64,000 nucleotides of DNA from Eledone cirrhosa (GCA_964016885.1 OZ024758.1:26536001-26600000); one strand, 5' to 3'. Numbered from the stretch's first letter, positions 22,434 to 36,076 are shown. The notes: generated from the sequence alone by a model not told the origin. Made by a program: numbers and translations.

Positions 22434-24093
22434 TGTCAGAAATAATGACATACACAGCAGCGTTGTTCACTAGGACAGGTATCGGCTGATTACAGAAGCC
22501 AAACAACAAAAGGTCGAGAAAAATCATGCCATTTTTACCTCCTTACGGACAACTGATGCTGCACACCAGGTCCGAACTCCCACTGTTATCACCTCCATCT
22601 CTCTCGCTCTCCCCATCTCTCTGTATTATGAGCGAATAGGGTCCCATGTGCTGACCGCCCCACGGTTGGTTTTTGTTGTGGATGCCAGATGACCATTGTG
22701 GGCAGTGAGACAAAGAATTGAAGCAGATGATGAGATATGAGACCCATTCAACCATATCAGCATGGTAAACAAACAAGCAATGATGATGATCATCATCATC
22801 ACCATAACCATCTATCTAGGGCGGGTAAAATTCCCGAGATCCATGGACGAGTTCTCTCCAGCGGTCTCTGTCCCTCATTATTGCTGCCATGTCCTGCGTC
22901 TCCAAGAGACCAGTGTCTGTCCTTAGGGCATCAACATATGTTAACCTTGGTCTTCCTCTTCCAGTGTGTCCATGCAGGGGCTCCTACAGTACATCGTCCC
23001 AGTGCCAAAGAAGGGAGATCTCTCTCACACCAACAACTACAGGGGGGGGGGTCTCACTGACGTCACTTGTGGCAAAGACCCTCAACAGGATCCGGCCCGA
23101 GATGGAGAAGAAGCTCAGGGACAACCAGAACAGCTTCAGAGAGGGAAGATCAACCACCAGTCACAACCTGATGCTGAGGAGGACCATAACCATCATCATC
23201 ATCATCGTTTAACGTCCATCTTCCACGCTAGCATGGGTTTGGACGGGAGTTTTCCCACTTGAGGCAAGATTGGTTGTCCTGCTCGTATAGGACTGTCTGG
23301 TGGGTTTTCTACGGCTGGATGCCCTTTCCAACACCAACCAATGTTTACAGTGTGGACTGGGAGGTTTTTACCGTGTTAATTACACGGCCGCATTACAGCG
23401 TGGACTGTGTGTTTTTTTTGTTGTGACACCTACATTATTTAGGACTGGATGTTGTGGTACCAACATAACTTCACATTTAAGGGGGTGATGTGGATAGGGT
23501 GGGGGTAGTGGGACGGGGGTGTATAATGTATATTTTCCATGCTTGTATGGGTTAGACAGATTGTCACATACTGAAGCTAGACTGGTCAGATGGATGCCCT
23601 TCCTAATATCCAATACTTTACAGCATGTACTGGGAGCATTTTATTGTGACTCTGCCCTATCACTTTACAGGGTGGACTGGATACTTTTTGTCATTAGTAT
23701 ATTACAAGGTGGTCTAGGTGGTTTTTGTTGCGGGACTAGCACTACCACTTTACAGAGCGGACTTGGAGCTTTTTGTCATGGTACTAACACAATCACATTA
23801 CAGTGTGGGCTAAGTATGTTTTGTTGTGGCAACAACGCTACTAATTTTTAACACTAGACTGCTCATTTTGTCATCTTTGCTATACTACAAAAGACCCCTT
23901 TCCATACAAGCATAATAAGAACTACCAGGTCAGCCTTCACCACATACATAGTAATGGAATTCCTACCAACTCTTTTACTGTGTATACAGCATGGCCATTT
24001 TCATGATGGCATCAGTGCTCTCTTTTCTTTCCTACTTACTAAAACTTTAGTCTTTGCTAAGTTCACTCTGAGGCCTTTTGATTCCACATTCTT

Positions 24094-24488
24094 GGAGGCA
24101 CATGGCTTAGTGGTTAGAGCATTGGCCTTGCAATCGAAAGGTTGCGAGTTCAATTCTCAGACCGGGTGATGTGTTGTTTCCTTGAGCAAGACACTTTATT
24201 TCACATTGCTCCAGTTTACTCAGCTGTAGAAATGAGATGATAGGGACTGGGGTCCCTATCATTCCACTGCAAAGTGGTCGTGGAGGTGCCATGGCAAAAA
24301 AAAGGCACCCAGCCCACACTGTAAAGTGGACGTGTAGGCGCCACGGAAAAAAGAAAGCACCCAGCACTTCACTGTAAATGAGGTTGGTGTTAGGAAGGGC
24401 ATCCAGCTGTAGAAATCAAGCCAGAATCAGTTCCCGTCCCACCCTTGCAAGCAGGGAAAAGCGGACGTAAAATGATGCTGATGATGAT
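24094..24488 (+). mobile_element. CORE-SINE B with two internal modules
   Basis: Full head, core and (GAT)n tail. Confidence 0.85.
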
Positions 24489-24594
24489 TATGATTCTTCT
24501 CTAATTCTGCTACAGATTCAATTATGAGAACTACATCAGCATATATGAATTCCCATGGGTAGCCGGTCTTAAAGTCTTACATTATGGCCTAGAG

Positions 24595-24792
24595 CAGACA
24601 TGTCCAACATGCGGTCCTTTACAAGTACACCTGCGGCCCACACAAAGGTTTTTACAGCACAAACAAGTTTTATCTTTGTAATATAAAATTTAAAAAATGT
24701 GTTGTAATGTGCGCAATTAGTTGTTGTGTGGCCCTCAGACAACACATAGGTGACCCATGTGGCCCTCGGGGACCCTCAGTTTGACCTGTCAG
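24595..24792. mobile_element. hAT (Charlie-type) MITE
   Basis: 8-bp TSD GCCTAGAG on both sides; imperfect TIRs CAGACATGTCCAAC / GTTTGACCTGTCAG; internal G(C/T)GGCCC motifs. Confidence 0.7.
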
Positions 24793-25789
24793 GCCTAGAG
24801 GACTATAATAAACAGAAACGGTCTGAAGACTACTGAGTCTTGGTGGACCCCTACTTGTATGTTAAATTTACCACCATATTCATTGTTAACTCTAACCTTA
24901 CTGGCTGCACCTTTGTCCATGGCTTGTACAGCCCTCACAAGCTATTCATCTACTCCTAGTTTCCAAAGAGCCCACCAGAGTGGAGTACCCTGTTGAAAGC
25001 TTTTTCCAGGTCAACGAATGCAAAGTAGAAAGTTTTACCCAGAGCTTCTGCAGCTATCTCACAAAGAAGATTCTATCAGTAGTACTTCTTTGTGGCACAA
25101 AGCTGAACTACATCTCATCCAAGTAAATTCAAGAAATCAACTGAGTTCTGACCTGGAGAGGAGATGGGTTCTGCCAGGTTTAAATTGCCCCTATGACCTC
25201 ATCAGGAGTTATGGGACCATACTTGGACAGTATCAACATATTATACATTTTCTATACCATTTGCAGAAAGTATGTTAGAAATGCTTTTTGTCAAGGGCTT
25301 AACAGGGAAAACGTTTGAAACTGGTTACTGTTTCTACAGTGCAGGTGAAAGAGTGAACTATTTGTATTATGGACAGCAGTACAGTCAATGGCTATTGTTT
25401 TGTTGTTATGGACAGCAGTACAGCCAATGGCTATTGATTCTTATGTTGCTGCCGTGGGGGAAATTCGACTTTAATTCAGACTCACACTTGTTATTGATAA
25501 ATGTCTTAATTGTAAAATGATAGGACATTTTGTATAAGTAAGGTAAAAACTAACAGTATCAACCTATTAGACACCTAAGTGGAAATGTTTTGTAGTCACT
25601 GTAAATGGGCAATAGAGCCTTATTCCTTATTACTAGTGGTTGTGAATTGTCTTTGATTCGCAAATACTCAAAAATCTTGGTATTACATCATACTCAAATA
25701 ATCCCAAAATGTGCATCTATTGGTGAAAACTAGCTTAACATAACTGGAAAGCTAACTCTAAACATTAAAATAAACAATTGCTACTTAAT

Positions 25790-26800
25790 AGCTGTTTCTA
25801 TTTTAGGCACAAGGCCAGCAATTACCCAGTACATTACTGGTACTTTATTTTATCGACCCCGTAAGGATGAAAGGCAAAGTTAACCTCGGCGGGATTTGAA
25901 CTCAGATCATAAAGGGACGTAACTCTATGCTTCAAAGCATGGTGTCCGACTCTCTACCGATACTGCCAATCCACCACTACTTAATAACCAGTTTTAGATG
26001 TCCATGTAATAATTGACTGTACCATCTGGGGAATCCTTGCATTATCACAATTTCTGTCACTGTGACTGAAGTATTAAATATTCTATAATTAAATTATATT
26101 ATGTTAATTATTAATATTAGAATTATTCGATATCACGAGAGTCCAATGTACGTGTGCGATCGGAACTTATAAAAGGTGGGTGAAACCATTTCATTTGTCA
26201 CTAACGTTAGAAGTGTGAAATATGTCTGAAGTGACCACCAACTCCTTCAGGTTACGGTTAAAAATCAGGTCTTTCCACCAACTGCTAAGCTTCAACAACT
26301 CAAAATCACTAATAACTGTTTCTACTTTAGGCACAAGGCCAGCAATTACCCAGTGCATTACTGGTACTTTATTTTATCGACCCCGTAAGGATGAAAGGCA
26401 AAGTCAACCTCGGCGGGATTTGAACTCAGATCGTAAAGGGACGTAACTATGCTGGAAAGCATGGTGTCTGACCCTCTACCGATACTGCCAATCCACCGCC
26501 CTAATAACCTCCATCTCTCAGTTTAGGGGGGCACAACACTATTCTACCAACATAAACAAAAGCAGAATGTCATTGATGCTGTTGAGCAGACCTGGTCAAC
26601 TCTGCTCAAACACGTTTACAATATCATCATACTTAATCGCACGATGGGCAACACAATGGTTTCTGATATAGGCACAAGGCCAGCAATTTTACGGGAGGGC
26701 AAAGTCGATTAAATCGACCCCAGTGTGTTACTGGTACTTTATTTTATTGACCCTGTAAAGATGAAAGGCTAAGCTAAACTCGGCAGGATTTGAACTCAGA
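25790..26800 (-). mobile_element. Cluster of three SINE family A copies (~25790-25977, ~26315-26500, ~26655-26800)
   Basis: Recurring GGCACAAGGCCAGCAATT...GATTTGAACTCAGA. Confidence 0.75.
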
Positions 26801-27253
26801 ACCCCGCCAAGGTTAGCTTTGCCTTTCATCGGAGCAACACAATATCTGTTGTTTAACCCCAGTTTATCCCTGGTTCCCTAGTTAAATAAATCTATGATAA
26901 AAAACGTTCAAACCTTGACCCTCTTTTCTCTTTGTACATCCAGAACCTTATTCAACGTGTCCCTTCTATTTCTATTTGCATACGTATTTATTTTAATTAA
27001 ATCTTAAATAATGAAAAGCATCGTGAGGATTTAATTCAGAAACCCTGTCTTAGCAGAATATATTATTACTTATATAAAGATGATTGTGTGATTTTTCTGT
27101 TATGAGACGAGATTTTTCAACTGATGTTTACAATAGATGAAATAGACATTGATTAGTCTTTTAAAATATCTTTACAATAAAGACGGGGATATTTTATCAC
27201 AGCTATAATGCATTCGACTACTCTTATAAATAAATAGATCCAGAATACTTTAC

Positions 27254-27329
27254 CGGTTGAAATTGGCAATTGTTTTCGTATACTTAAAAGAGATACTGAG
27301 CGACGTAATGACCTTAGGTTCGCCGCCAT
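27254..27329 (-). CDS. MRPL18: MRPL18 coding exon 1 (mitochondrial targeting peptide)
   Basis: ATG GCG GCG start; MAANLRSLRRSVSLLSIRKQLPIST-G is Arg/Ser/Leu-rich with no acidic residues. Donor G|GTAAAG, phase 1, matches exon 2. Confidence 0.8.
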
Positions 27330-28006
27330 GACTTCACTGACTCTACCGAAAACACGGGTTTTTACAAAACACGAAACGGAAAGAAAATTAGAAGTTTTCG
27401 TTTATTTATTTACTACAAGTTTAATATTTCCTAGCATTTTCCTAGTTTATTTTTAATGATTAAATAACGATTGAAATATGCTTACAATATCATTTAATCA
27501 AATATTACTAATATATACGTTTTATTATATTTGAAACTGTATAGAATAATTAAACATTTAAAAATGAAAAGTAATATTTGTTTATATATTTGCTGTAAAT
27601 CTTCGTATTTAGCCATATCAAAAAAAAAAAGAAAAAATATAGTCAATGTTTAAAAAATTAACTGATAAATATTTATAATTTGTATTTTGAAATACATAAA
27701 TAGCATAACTCATGTACAGTAAGTATATTATTGAATTGATTACCTAATATAATTATACAGGTATACTATTGAATAAATTATGCAGTATCGTTATGCATGT
27801 ATATTATTGAACTAATTATCTATATTGGTATGTGTTAATTAATCTTTTAAATCATTTTATACGTTATTAAAATCCCCGAGTTAAATTAGTTCCAGTTAAA
27901 CATCTTTTCAAAGGGGACGTACATATAATTTCACCGGTTACCTGGAAGTTTACATTGAGCACGTGGACTGGTATCTACAATAATTGAGGAAGAAAAACAA
28001 GTTACG
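27330..28006. promoter_or_regulatory. Putative bidirectional promoter and 5'UTRs between MRPL18 and NLE1; E-box CACGTG at 27960-27965
   Basis: Divergent ATGs at 27329 (-) and 28007 (+); no recognisable TE in the interval; YY1-like ATGGCG over both start codons. Confidence 0.65.
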
Positions 28007-28011
28007 ATGGC
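28007..28011 (+). CDS. NLE1: Notchless (NLE1/Rsa4) coding exon 1 (ATG GC)
   Basis: ATGGC|GTAAGG donor; phase 2 joins exon 2 in frame to give MADGDVKRIL. Confidence 0.72.
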
Positions 28012-28864
28012 GTAAGGAATTTATGACATTCTAATATCTTATTCGTTTCTTAAAAAACCTTAATTTTGAATTGTTGTCGCTGGTTTAACAAAATCTTTAT
28101 AGTTGGTTTTATTTTGACAAACTGATAACTTTTGATGTCGCTCGTGTTTCAAGTGATTCAGTCTTGAACAATTATTGTTCAACATAGCCAAGAATTCTAC
28201 GCTTTTAGATAATCAAAATTAAGTTTTACGAACCGTTTAAACTATTAATGTCTATGTTAGTCTGTGTATTTATTTAAACTTGATTTGAAAAAAAAAATTA
28301 AAGTAATGTTCCGTCTTAGACCACGCCAAACTTAGTACAGTTAACTTTTTAAAATCAATGTTTTAATTAGCTGTGTCTAATGTAAATTATCTTAGAAAAC
28401 AAAATTTAAATCTTGTTTCTTTCCCACACTCATGTTTTTAATAACAGCTTTTCAGAACCGTGATAAAAGGTTTGACACGAAGAAATATATGTTCCAATAT
28501 AAAGTGAAGTTAACGGTGTGTTTTTAAATAGCTTAAAATGACTTTTCTATGTAGTAATTGTTTTAGTTCCTACATCTGGAGAGTTAGCTTTGATTTGGGG
28601 AGCGATTTATGTATATATTTTCTAGATTGAGGTGGAAACATGAGTATATATGTTAAATAGAAGTGTTGACTACTAATTAAACTTGACAATTTACAGAAAT
28701 TTTGATTATGAAATTTAGTTTAGCCCCTGAAAGTATACACAAACTATTCCTTAAAAAACAAAAAAAAAAAACGGAGTTAGTCTAGATTTGATCACTTAGC
28801 CAGCTTAATTCCAAATGTTTTAGGAGGCTGAGTTCTAATTCTGTCTCATTAATAAATCAATAAG

Positions 28865-29048
28865 GAGGTGGATTGGCAGTATCGGTAGAGGGTCGGACGC
28901 CATGCTTTGACGCATAGAGTTACGGTCTTTGCCATTCTGAGTTCAAATCCCGCCGAGGTTAACTTTGCCTTTCATCCTTACGGGGTCGATAAAATAAAGT
29001 ACCAGTAATGCACTGGGATAATTGCTGGCCAAAAGTAGAAACAATTAA
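28865..29048 (+). mobile_element. SINE family A, full length
   Basis: TGGCAGTATCGG A box, GAGTTCAAATCC B box, tail AGTAGAAACAATT. Confidence 0.8.
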
Positions 29049-30321
29049 TAAATCAATAACGATTATCGTATCAAGATATATGTCCTGTTTGTTAAAGATG
29101 TTCTTTAACAATGGGAAACGGTGAGTTGAAATCATGTGTCAAGTCTTTTACCATGTTCTTTGATAAAGTACTTTTATTTTGAATTATAGAACTCGTTTCT
29201 ATTGGGTATGTCAACGTAATATAGAGTTACGTCCCTTTCATTATTATATGCCGTGTTGTGAATTCAATTTAAAATGTACTTTTCTTTTTACACACTAGCC
29301 ACTAATGGAATTGTAGTTGTAGATAAGTAAAAGTTTTAATGTGTTTTTCGCAAGAATTCTTTGGTAGAAGTAACTCTGTAATGTACTGAAACATATTTAA
29401 GGTTGATGCTAATGTTGGTCCTACTTTAAAACTGAACATTTGCCACATGTTTTCTGAAACAGTATTTTTATATAAATATAAAAATGAGAAACCTCATCGC
29501 TAGAACAACCGTTAAAACAGCTAAATGCTGTCAATGACAGCGACGGTAAAAAATACCTCACAGGACAGAGACCGGCAGCCAGTGGTCAACAGAGACAATC
29601 CATAAGGTGGGTGACAGGCAGATTGAAAGAGGATGACAAAGAGAAGTGTGTTGTTGCACAGAAGTGACTGGAAGAAGGAAAAAAAGAAAGGCGATGTACA
29701 AAACAAGTTTACACACATACATATACACCCCCATCCAACTACCCCACCCCCATCAACACCACCCCTTTCTCTGTAAAGTTATGTTGGTGCCACAACATCC
29801 AGTCCTAAATAAATGAGGTCCTGTAGGTAACACGGTAAAAACCTCCCAGTCCACACTGTAAACGTGGTTGGTGTTAGGAAGGGTACCAGGAAAAAAAAAA
29901 AAAAAAAAATACAAAGCAATATCTAAAAAAAATATAGAAATAAATGCAAATAGCAGCTTTAGAGAATAGGTTGACACTATCTTAAAAAAGCTAAATTAAT
30001 ATACTCCATAGATTAATTTCAAATAGTATCAATTCTGTAAAATCAAAGACTGGTGTAAAACGACTTTATAAAAGCTAACACAATATTGTTAAAAATTCAA
30101 CTGATACTTGGTGTTAGGAAGGGTATCCAGCCGTAGAAAACCTGCCAGACAGTCCTATACGAGCGAGACACGGTCACCCGACCAATCTTGCCTCAAGTGG
30201 GAAAATTCCCGTCTAAACCCATCATAGCGTGGAAGATAGACGTTAAACGATGATGATGATGACATCTCCACCTTTATTGCATTTTTATTTTTATTGACTT
30301 CTCTTTTGCCTTTGTTATCAG

Positions 30322-30454
30322 GGATGGAGATGTGAAGAGGATTTTAACCCAATTTAAGTCTGAAACAGGAGAAGTAGCTGGGGCACCATTTGATCTCCCT
30401 ATCAATCTCTCGGTTGATAAGCTTCAGTTGATTTGTAATGCCATTCTAAAAGAG
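30322..30454 (+). CDS. NLE1: NLE1 coding exon 2 (NLE/UBL domain)
   Basis: cAG|...GAG|GTAAGA. DGDVKRILTQFKSETGEVAGAPFDLPINLSVDKLQLICNAILKE. Confidence 0.92.
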
Positions 30455-30999
30455 GTAAGAAATAAGAAACATTTTCTTCTCTCTCACTCTATACTCCTCT
30501 CATTTCTCATCTCATGCCTTAGACTCTCTTTCTTTCATTCTCTCCCTCTGTTCGTTCTTCCGCTCAATATGAGGTTATATTTTAACCTAACTTTTTGCTA
30601 CGTACACAGCAACTGGCTGTTTTGCTACGTACATAGCAACTGGCTGTTTTGCTACGTACATAGCAACTGGCTGTTTACCGTTACTCTCACATTTTAGATT
30701 CCTACAATTTTATGAAAATTCATATACACTCATCGCCCCAGTCCTTTTCAATTAATTTACATACATGCTAACCCATTCAATTAATTTACATACATGTCTA
30801 ACCCATGCTAGTGTGGAAGATGGACGTTAAACGATGATGATGATACAAAATTCCCTGTTGTTTTTATGATATAATCATTTCCTGTTGTTTTTTTATGATA
30901 TAATCCTTATTTATTTTCTTATATTCAAATATTTTAACAAATAAATGATTAATCTCTACTAAATAAGGAAGTGAGATGTGGTCACTCTACACCACCGTT

Positions 31000-31292
31000 G
31001 CAGAGACTCTTGCAGTGGCCCAACATTAAATGGAGTGAATCATGCTCAGCATCACCTTACACAACAGAAAGAGAAGACATGGAAGTGCTGGCCACGTCTC
31101 TTGTCTCAGAGACAAGTGGACCATTGGAGTGACAGAGTGGCCACGAAGGCAGTGGAGAAGAACTAGAGGGAGACCAAAGACCTGATGGCACAATGATCTG
31201 ACCTGATACCTCGGCCCCTACATGGCCCAATATGACTAGAGATAGGAAGCAGTGGAGGTCAACCAGGGAGGGGTCCGTCCAACAGGAGTGAG
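31000..31292 (+). mobile_element. RTE LINE 3' fragment
   Basis: Frameshifted GHV...W...VTEW...RTRGRP..W....DRKQW motif. Confidence 0.55.
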
Positions 31293-31468
31293 AAGGCCCT
31301 GGATTTTGGAAATAAGGAAGATGTTCAAAACCATAAAGAATTATTTGACTCTTACCTGCTTATCATTGTCTTAGAAGTTTCTCTTTTATTCTTCTGTGTG
31401 TGTGTGTGTGTGTGTGTGTATGTGATTTTGAATTCTTCTGTATAGTTTATTTTATATCTTCTATTCAG

Positions 31469-31689
31469 GAGGAGCCTGTGCCCTATGCCTTCTTTATCAA
31501 AGAAACAGAAATCACAGAAACCCTTGAGAACACACTAACTAAAGATGATCTGGAAAGCAGTGAACACGTTTTAGAAATTGTTTACCAACCACAAGCTATA
31601 TTCCGTGTGAGAGCTGTAACTCGTTGCACAAGTAGTCTTGTTGGACACGCAGAAGCCGTTCTCTCTGTATCCTTTAGTCCAGATGGAAG
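31469..31689 (+). CDS. NLE1: NLE1 coding exon 3
   Basis: cAG|GAG...AG|GTCAGT. EEPVPYAFF...SEHVLEIVYQPQAIFRVRAVTRCTSSLVGHAEAVLSVSFSPDG(R), with the MIDAS-contacting Glu apparently retained. Confidence 0.95.
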
Positions 31690-32079
31690 GTCAGTATAAT
31701 AGGATTCTCTATTTTTTAAGTTTTATGTATTTTGAATAATTAAACTGGATATATCTGGCCAGAATTCTCTCATCTCTTTCTATTAAAACTGGCCATAACT
31801 GGCTCCTCATACTAATTTTAAGGTATTGTTCTCAAAATATACAATATTAAAATCGCATAGATTCGATATTATGTGAAATAAAGCCTTTTCTGTGAAAATA
31901 CAATGGTTTATATAGAGTAATGTAAATGCTAAAGGGTTAAAAAACAATGCAGCATTGTAGTAAAGATGGATGTAATGAGTGAATAGTTTATACAGAAGTC
32001 CATATTAATAGATGGCACTATTCATTAGCTGTAAAACACTTGCAAACAAAAGGTCAAGAGGACCCTTCAGTTGTGTTAA

Positions 32080-32287
32080 CCCTTTAGCATTTAAACCAGC
32101 TGTATCCGTCCAGAATTATCTCACCTCTTTCTGTTCAAACCGGCTGTAACTGGCCACTCATACTGATGTTATGCTATTTTTCTCAAAATAAATAACATCA
32201 AAATCTCATAGTTTCGATATTATGTGAGGTAAAGCTTTTACCACAAAAATACAATAGTATATATAGAGTAATGTAAATACTAAAGGG
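32080..32287 (-). mobile_element. piggyBac-like MITE
   Basis: TTAA on both sides; CCCTTTAG TIRs. Confidence 0.78.
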
Positions 32288-32340
32288 TTAAAGATATGTC
32301 AACCTCCCTAGTCCTGGAATCATGATAAAATGCATATAGT

Positions 32341-35300
32341 AGGCTTCCCCAGTTCATCTGATAGGTAAGACATAGTTGAGTGCAAGACTATATGTGAGAC
32401 ACAGGCCTCCAGTTCATTTGATAGATAAGACTATATGTGAGACACAGGCCTCCAGTTCATCTGATAGGTAAGACTATATGTGAGACACAGGCCTCCAGTT
32501 CATCTGATAGGTAAGACTATATGTAAGACACAGGCCTCCAGTTCATCTGATAGGTAAGACTATATGTGAGACACAGGCCTCCAGTTCATCTGATAGGTAA
32601 GACTATATGTAAGACACAGGCCTCCAGTTCATCTGATAGGTAAGACTATATGTGAGACACAGGCCTCCAGTTCATCTGATAGGTAAGACTATATGTAAGA
32701 CACAGGCCTCCAGTTCATCTGATAGGTAAGACTATATGTAAGACACAGGCCTCCAGTTCATCTGATAGGTAAGACTATATGTGAGACACAGGCCTCCAGT
32801 TCATCTGATAGGTAAGACACAGGCCTCCAGTTCATCTGATAGGTAAGACTATATGTAAGACACAGGCCTCCAGTTCATCTGATAGGTAAGACTATATGTA
32901 AGACACAGGCCTCCAGTTCATCTGATAGGTAAGACATAGTTGAGTGCAAGACTATATGTGAGACACAGGCCTCTAGTTCATCTGATAGGTAAGACATAGT
33001 TGAGTGCAAGACTATATGTGAGACACAGGCCTCTAGTTCATCTGATAGGTAAGACATAGTTGAGTGCAAGACTATATGTGAGACACAGGCCTCTAGTTCA
33101 TCTGATAGGTAAGACATAGTTGAGTGGAAGACTATATGTGAGACACAGACCTCCAGTTCATCTGATAGGTAAGACATAGTTGAGTGCAAGACTATATGTG
33201 TGACACAGGCCTCCAGTTCATCTGATAGGTAAGACACAATTGAGTGCAAGACTATATGTGAGACACAGGCCTCCAGTTCATCTGATAAGTAAGACATAGT
33301 TGAGTGCAAGACTATATGTGAGACACAAGCCTCCAGTTCATCTGATAGGTAAGACATAGTTGAGTGCAAGACTATATGTGAGACACAGGCCTCCAGTTCA
33401 TCTGATAGGTAAGACATAGTTGAGTGCAAGACTATATGTGAGACACAGGCCTCCAGTTCATCTGATAGGTAAGACATAGTTGAGTGCAAGACTATATGTG
33501 AGACACAGGCCTCAGTTCATCTGATAGGTAAGACATAGTTGAGTGCAAGACTATATGTGAGACACAGGCCTCCAGTTCATCTGATAGGTAAGACATAGTT
33601 GAGTGTAAGACTATATGTGAGATACAGGCCTCCAGTTCATCTGATAAGTAAGACATAGTTGAGTGCAAGACTATATGTGAGACACAAGCCTCCAGTTCAT
33701 CTGATAGGTAAGACATAGTTGAGTGCAAGACTATATGTGAGACACAGGCCTCCAGTTCATCTGATAGGTAAGACTATATGTAAGACACAGGCCTCCAGTT
33801 CATCTGATAGGTAAGACTATATGTGAGACAAAGGCCTCCAGTTCATCTGATAGGTAAGACATAGTTGAGTGCAAGACTATATGTGAGACACAGGCCTCTA
33901 GTTCATCTGATAGGTAAGACATAGTTGAGTGCAAGACTATATGTGAGACACAGGCCTCAGTTCATCTGATAGGTAAGACATAGTTGAGTGCAAGACTATA
34001 TGTGAGACACAGCTCTCCAGTTCATCTGATAGGTAAGACATAGTTGAGTGCAAGACTATATGTGAGACACAGGCCTCCAGTTCATCTGATAGGTAAGACA
34101 TAGAGTGTAAGACTATGTGTGAGACACAGACCTCCAGTTCATCTGATAGGTAAGACATAGTTGAGTGCAAGACTATATGTGAGACACAGGCCTCCAGTTC
34201 ATCTGATGGGTAAGACATAGTTGAGTGCAAGACTATATGTGAGACACAGGCCTCCAGTTCATCTGATAAGTAAGACATAGTTGAGTGCAAGACTATATGT
34301 GAGACACAGGCCTCTAGTTCATCTGATAGGTAAGACATAGTTGAGTGCAAGACTATATGTGAGACACAGGCCTCCAGTTCATCTGATAGTTAAGACATAG
34401 TTGAGTGCAAGACTATATGTGAGACACAAGCCTCTAGTTCATCTGATAGGTAAGACATAGTTGAGTGCAAGACTATATGTGAGACACAGGCCTCTAGTTC
34501 ATCTGATAGGTAAGACATAGTTGAGTGCAAGACTATATGTGAGACACAGGCCTCTAGTTCATCTGATAGGTAAGACATAGTTGAGTGCAAGACTATATGT
34601 GAGACACAGGCCTCTAGTTCATCTGATAGGTAAGACATAGTTGAGTGGAAGACTATATGTGAGACACAGACCTCCAGTTCATCTGATAGGTAAGACATAG
34701 TTGAGTGCAAGACTATATGTGAGACACAGGCCTCAGTTCATCTGATAGGTAAGACATAGTTGAGTGCAAGACTATATGTGTGACACAGGCCTCCAGTTCA
34801 TCTGATAGGTAAGGCATAGTTGAGTGCAAGACTATATGTGAGACACAGGCCTCTAGTTCATCTGATAGGTAAGACATAGTTGAGTGCAAGACTATATGTG
34901 AGACACAGGCCTCTAGTTCATCTGATAGGTAAGACATAGTTGAGTGCAAGACTATATGTGAGACACAGGCCTCTAGTTCATCTGATAGGTAAGACATAGT
35001 TGAGTGCAAGACTATATGTGAGACACAGGCCTCCAGTTCATCTGATAGGTAAGACATAGTTGAGTGCAAGACTATATGTGAGACACAGGCCTCCAGTTCA
35101 TCTGATAGGTAAGACATAGTTGAGTGCAAGACAATATGTGAGACACAGGCCTCAGTTCATCTGATAGGTAAGACATAGTTGAGTGCAAGACTATATGTGA
35201 GACACAGGCCTCCAGTTCATCTGATAGGTAAGACATAGTTGAGTGTAAGACTATATGTGAGACACAGGCCTCCAGTTCATCTGATAAGTAAGACATAGTT

Positions 35301-35959
35301 GAGTGCAAGACTATATGTGAGACACAAGCCTCCAGTTCATCTGATAGGTAAGACATAGTTGAGTGCAAGACTATATGTGAGACACAGGCCTCCAGTTCAT
35401 CTGATAGGTAAGACATAGTTGAGTGCAAGACTATATGTGAGACACAGGCCTCCATTTCATCTGATAGGTAAGACATAGTTGAGTGCAAGACTATATGTGA
35501 GACACAGGCCTCCAGTTCATCTGATAGGTAAGACATAGTTGAGTGTAAGACTATATGTGAGACACAGCTCTCCAGTTCATCTGATAGGTAAGACATAGTT
35601 GAGTGCAAGACTAAATGTGAGACACAGGCCTCCAGTTCATCTGATAGGTCAGACATAGTTGAGTGCAAGACTAAATGTGAGACACAGGCCTCCAGTTGAT
35701 CTGATAGGTCAGACATAGTTGAGTGTAAGACTATATGTGAGACACAGGCCTCTAGTTCATCTGATAGGTAAGACATAGTTGAGTGCAAGACTAAATGTGA
35801 GACACAGGCCTCTAGTTCATCTGATGGGTAAGACATAGTTGAGTGCAAGACTAAATGTGAAACACAGGCCTCCAGTTGATCTGATAGGTCAGACATAGTT
35901 GAGTGCAAGACTATATCTGAGACACAGGCCTCTAGTTCATCTGATGGGTCAGACATAGT
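32341..35959 (+). repeat. 60-bp minisatellite with 43-bp deletion variant (~60 units) in NLE1 intron 3
   Basis: Unit GACACAGGCCTCCAGTTCATCTGATAGGTAAGACATAGTTGAGTGCAAGACTATATGTGA. Confidence 0.95.
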
Positions 35960-36076
35960 CTGTAAAAATTGTCTAATGTTTTCTAGCAGGAGAAAATGGA
36001 TGTTAAATGATGCTAATGTTACTGAGTTTACTTTTATGCTAATGTTACTGAGTTTACTTTTATATTTACATTTCAG

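Noticed and set aside
30332-30334. GTG start for NLE1, as in the ORF track
   Set aside because: A canonical acceptor at 30321 and an in-phase ATG exon at 28007-28011 explain the N-terminus better.
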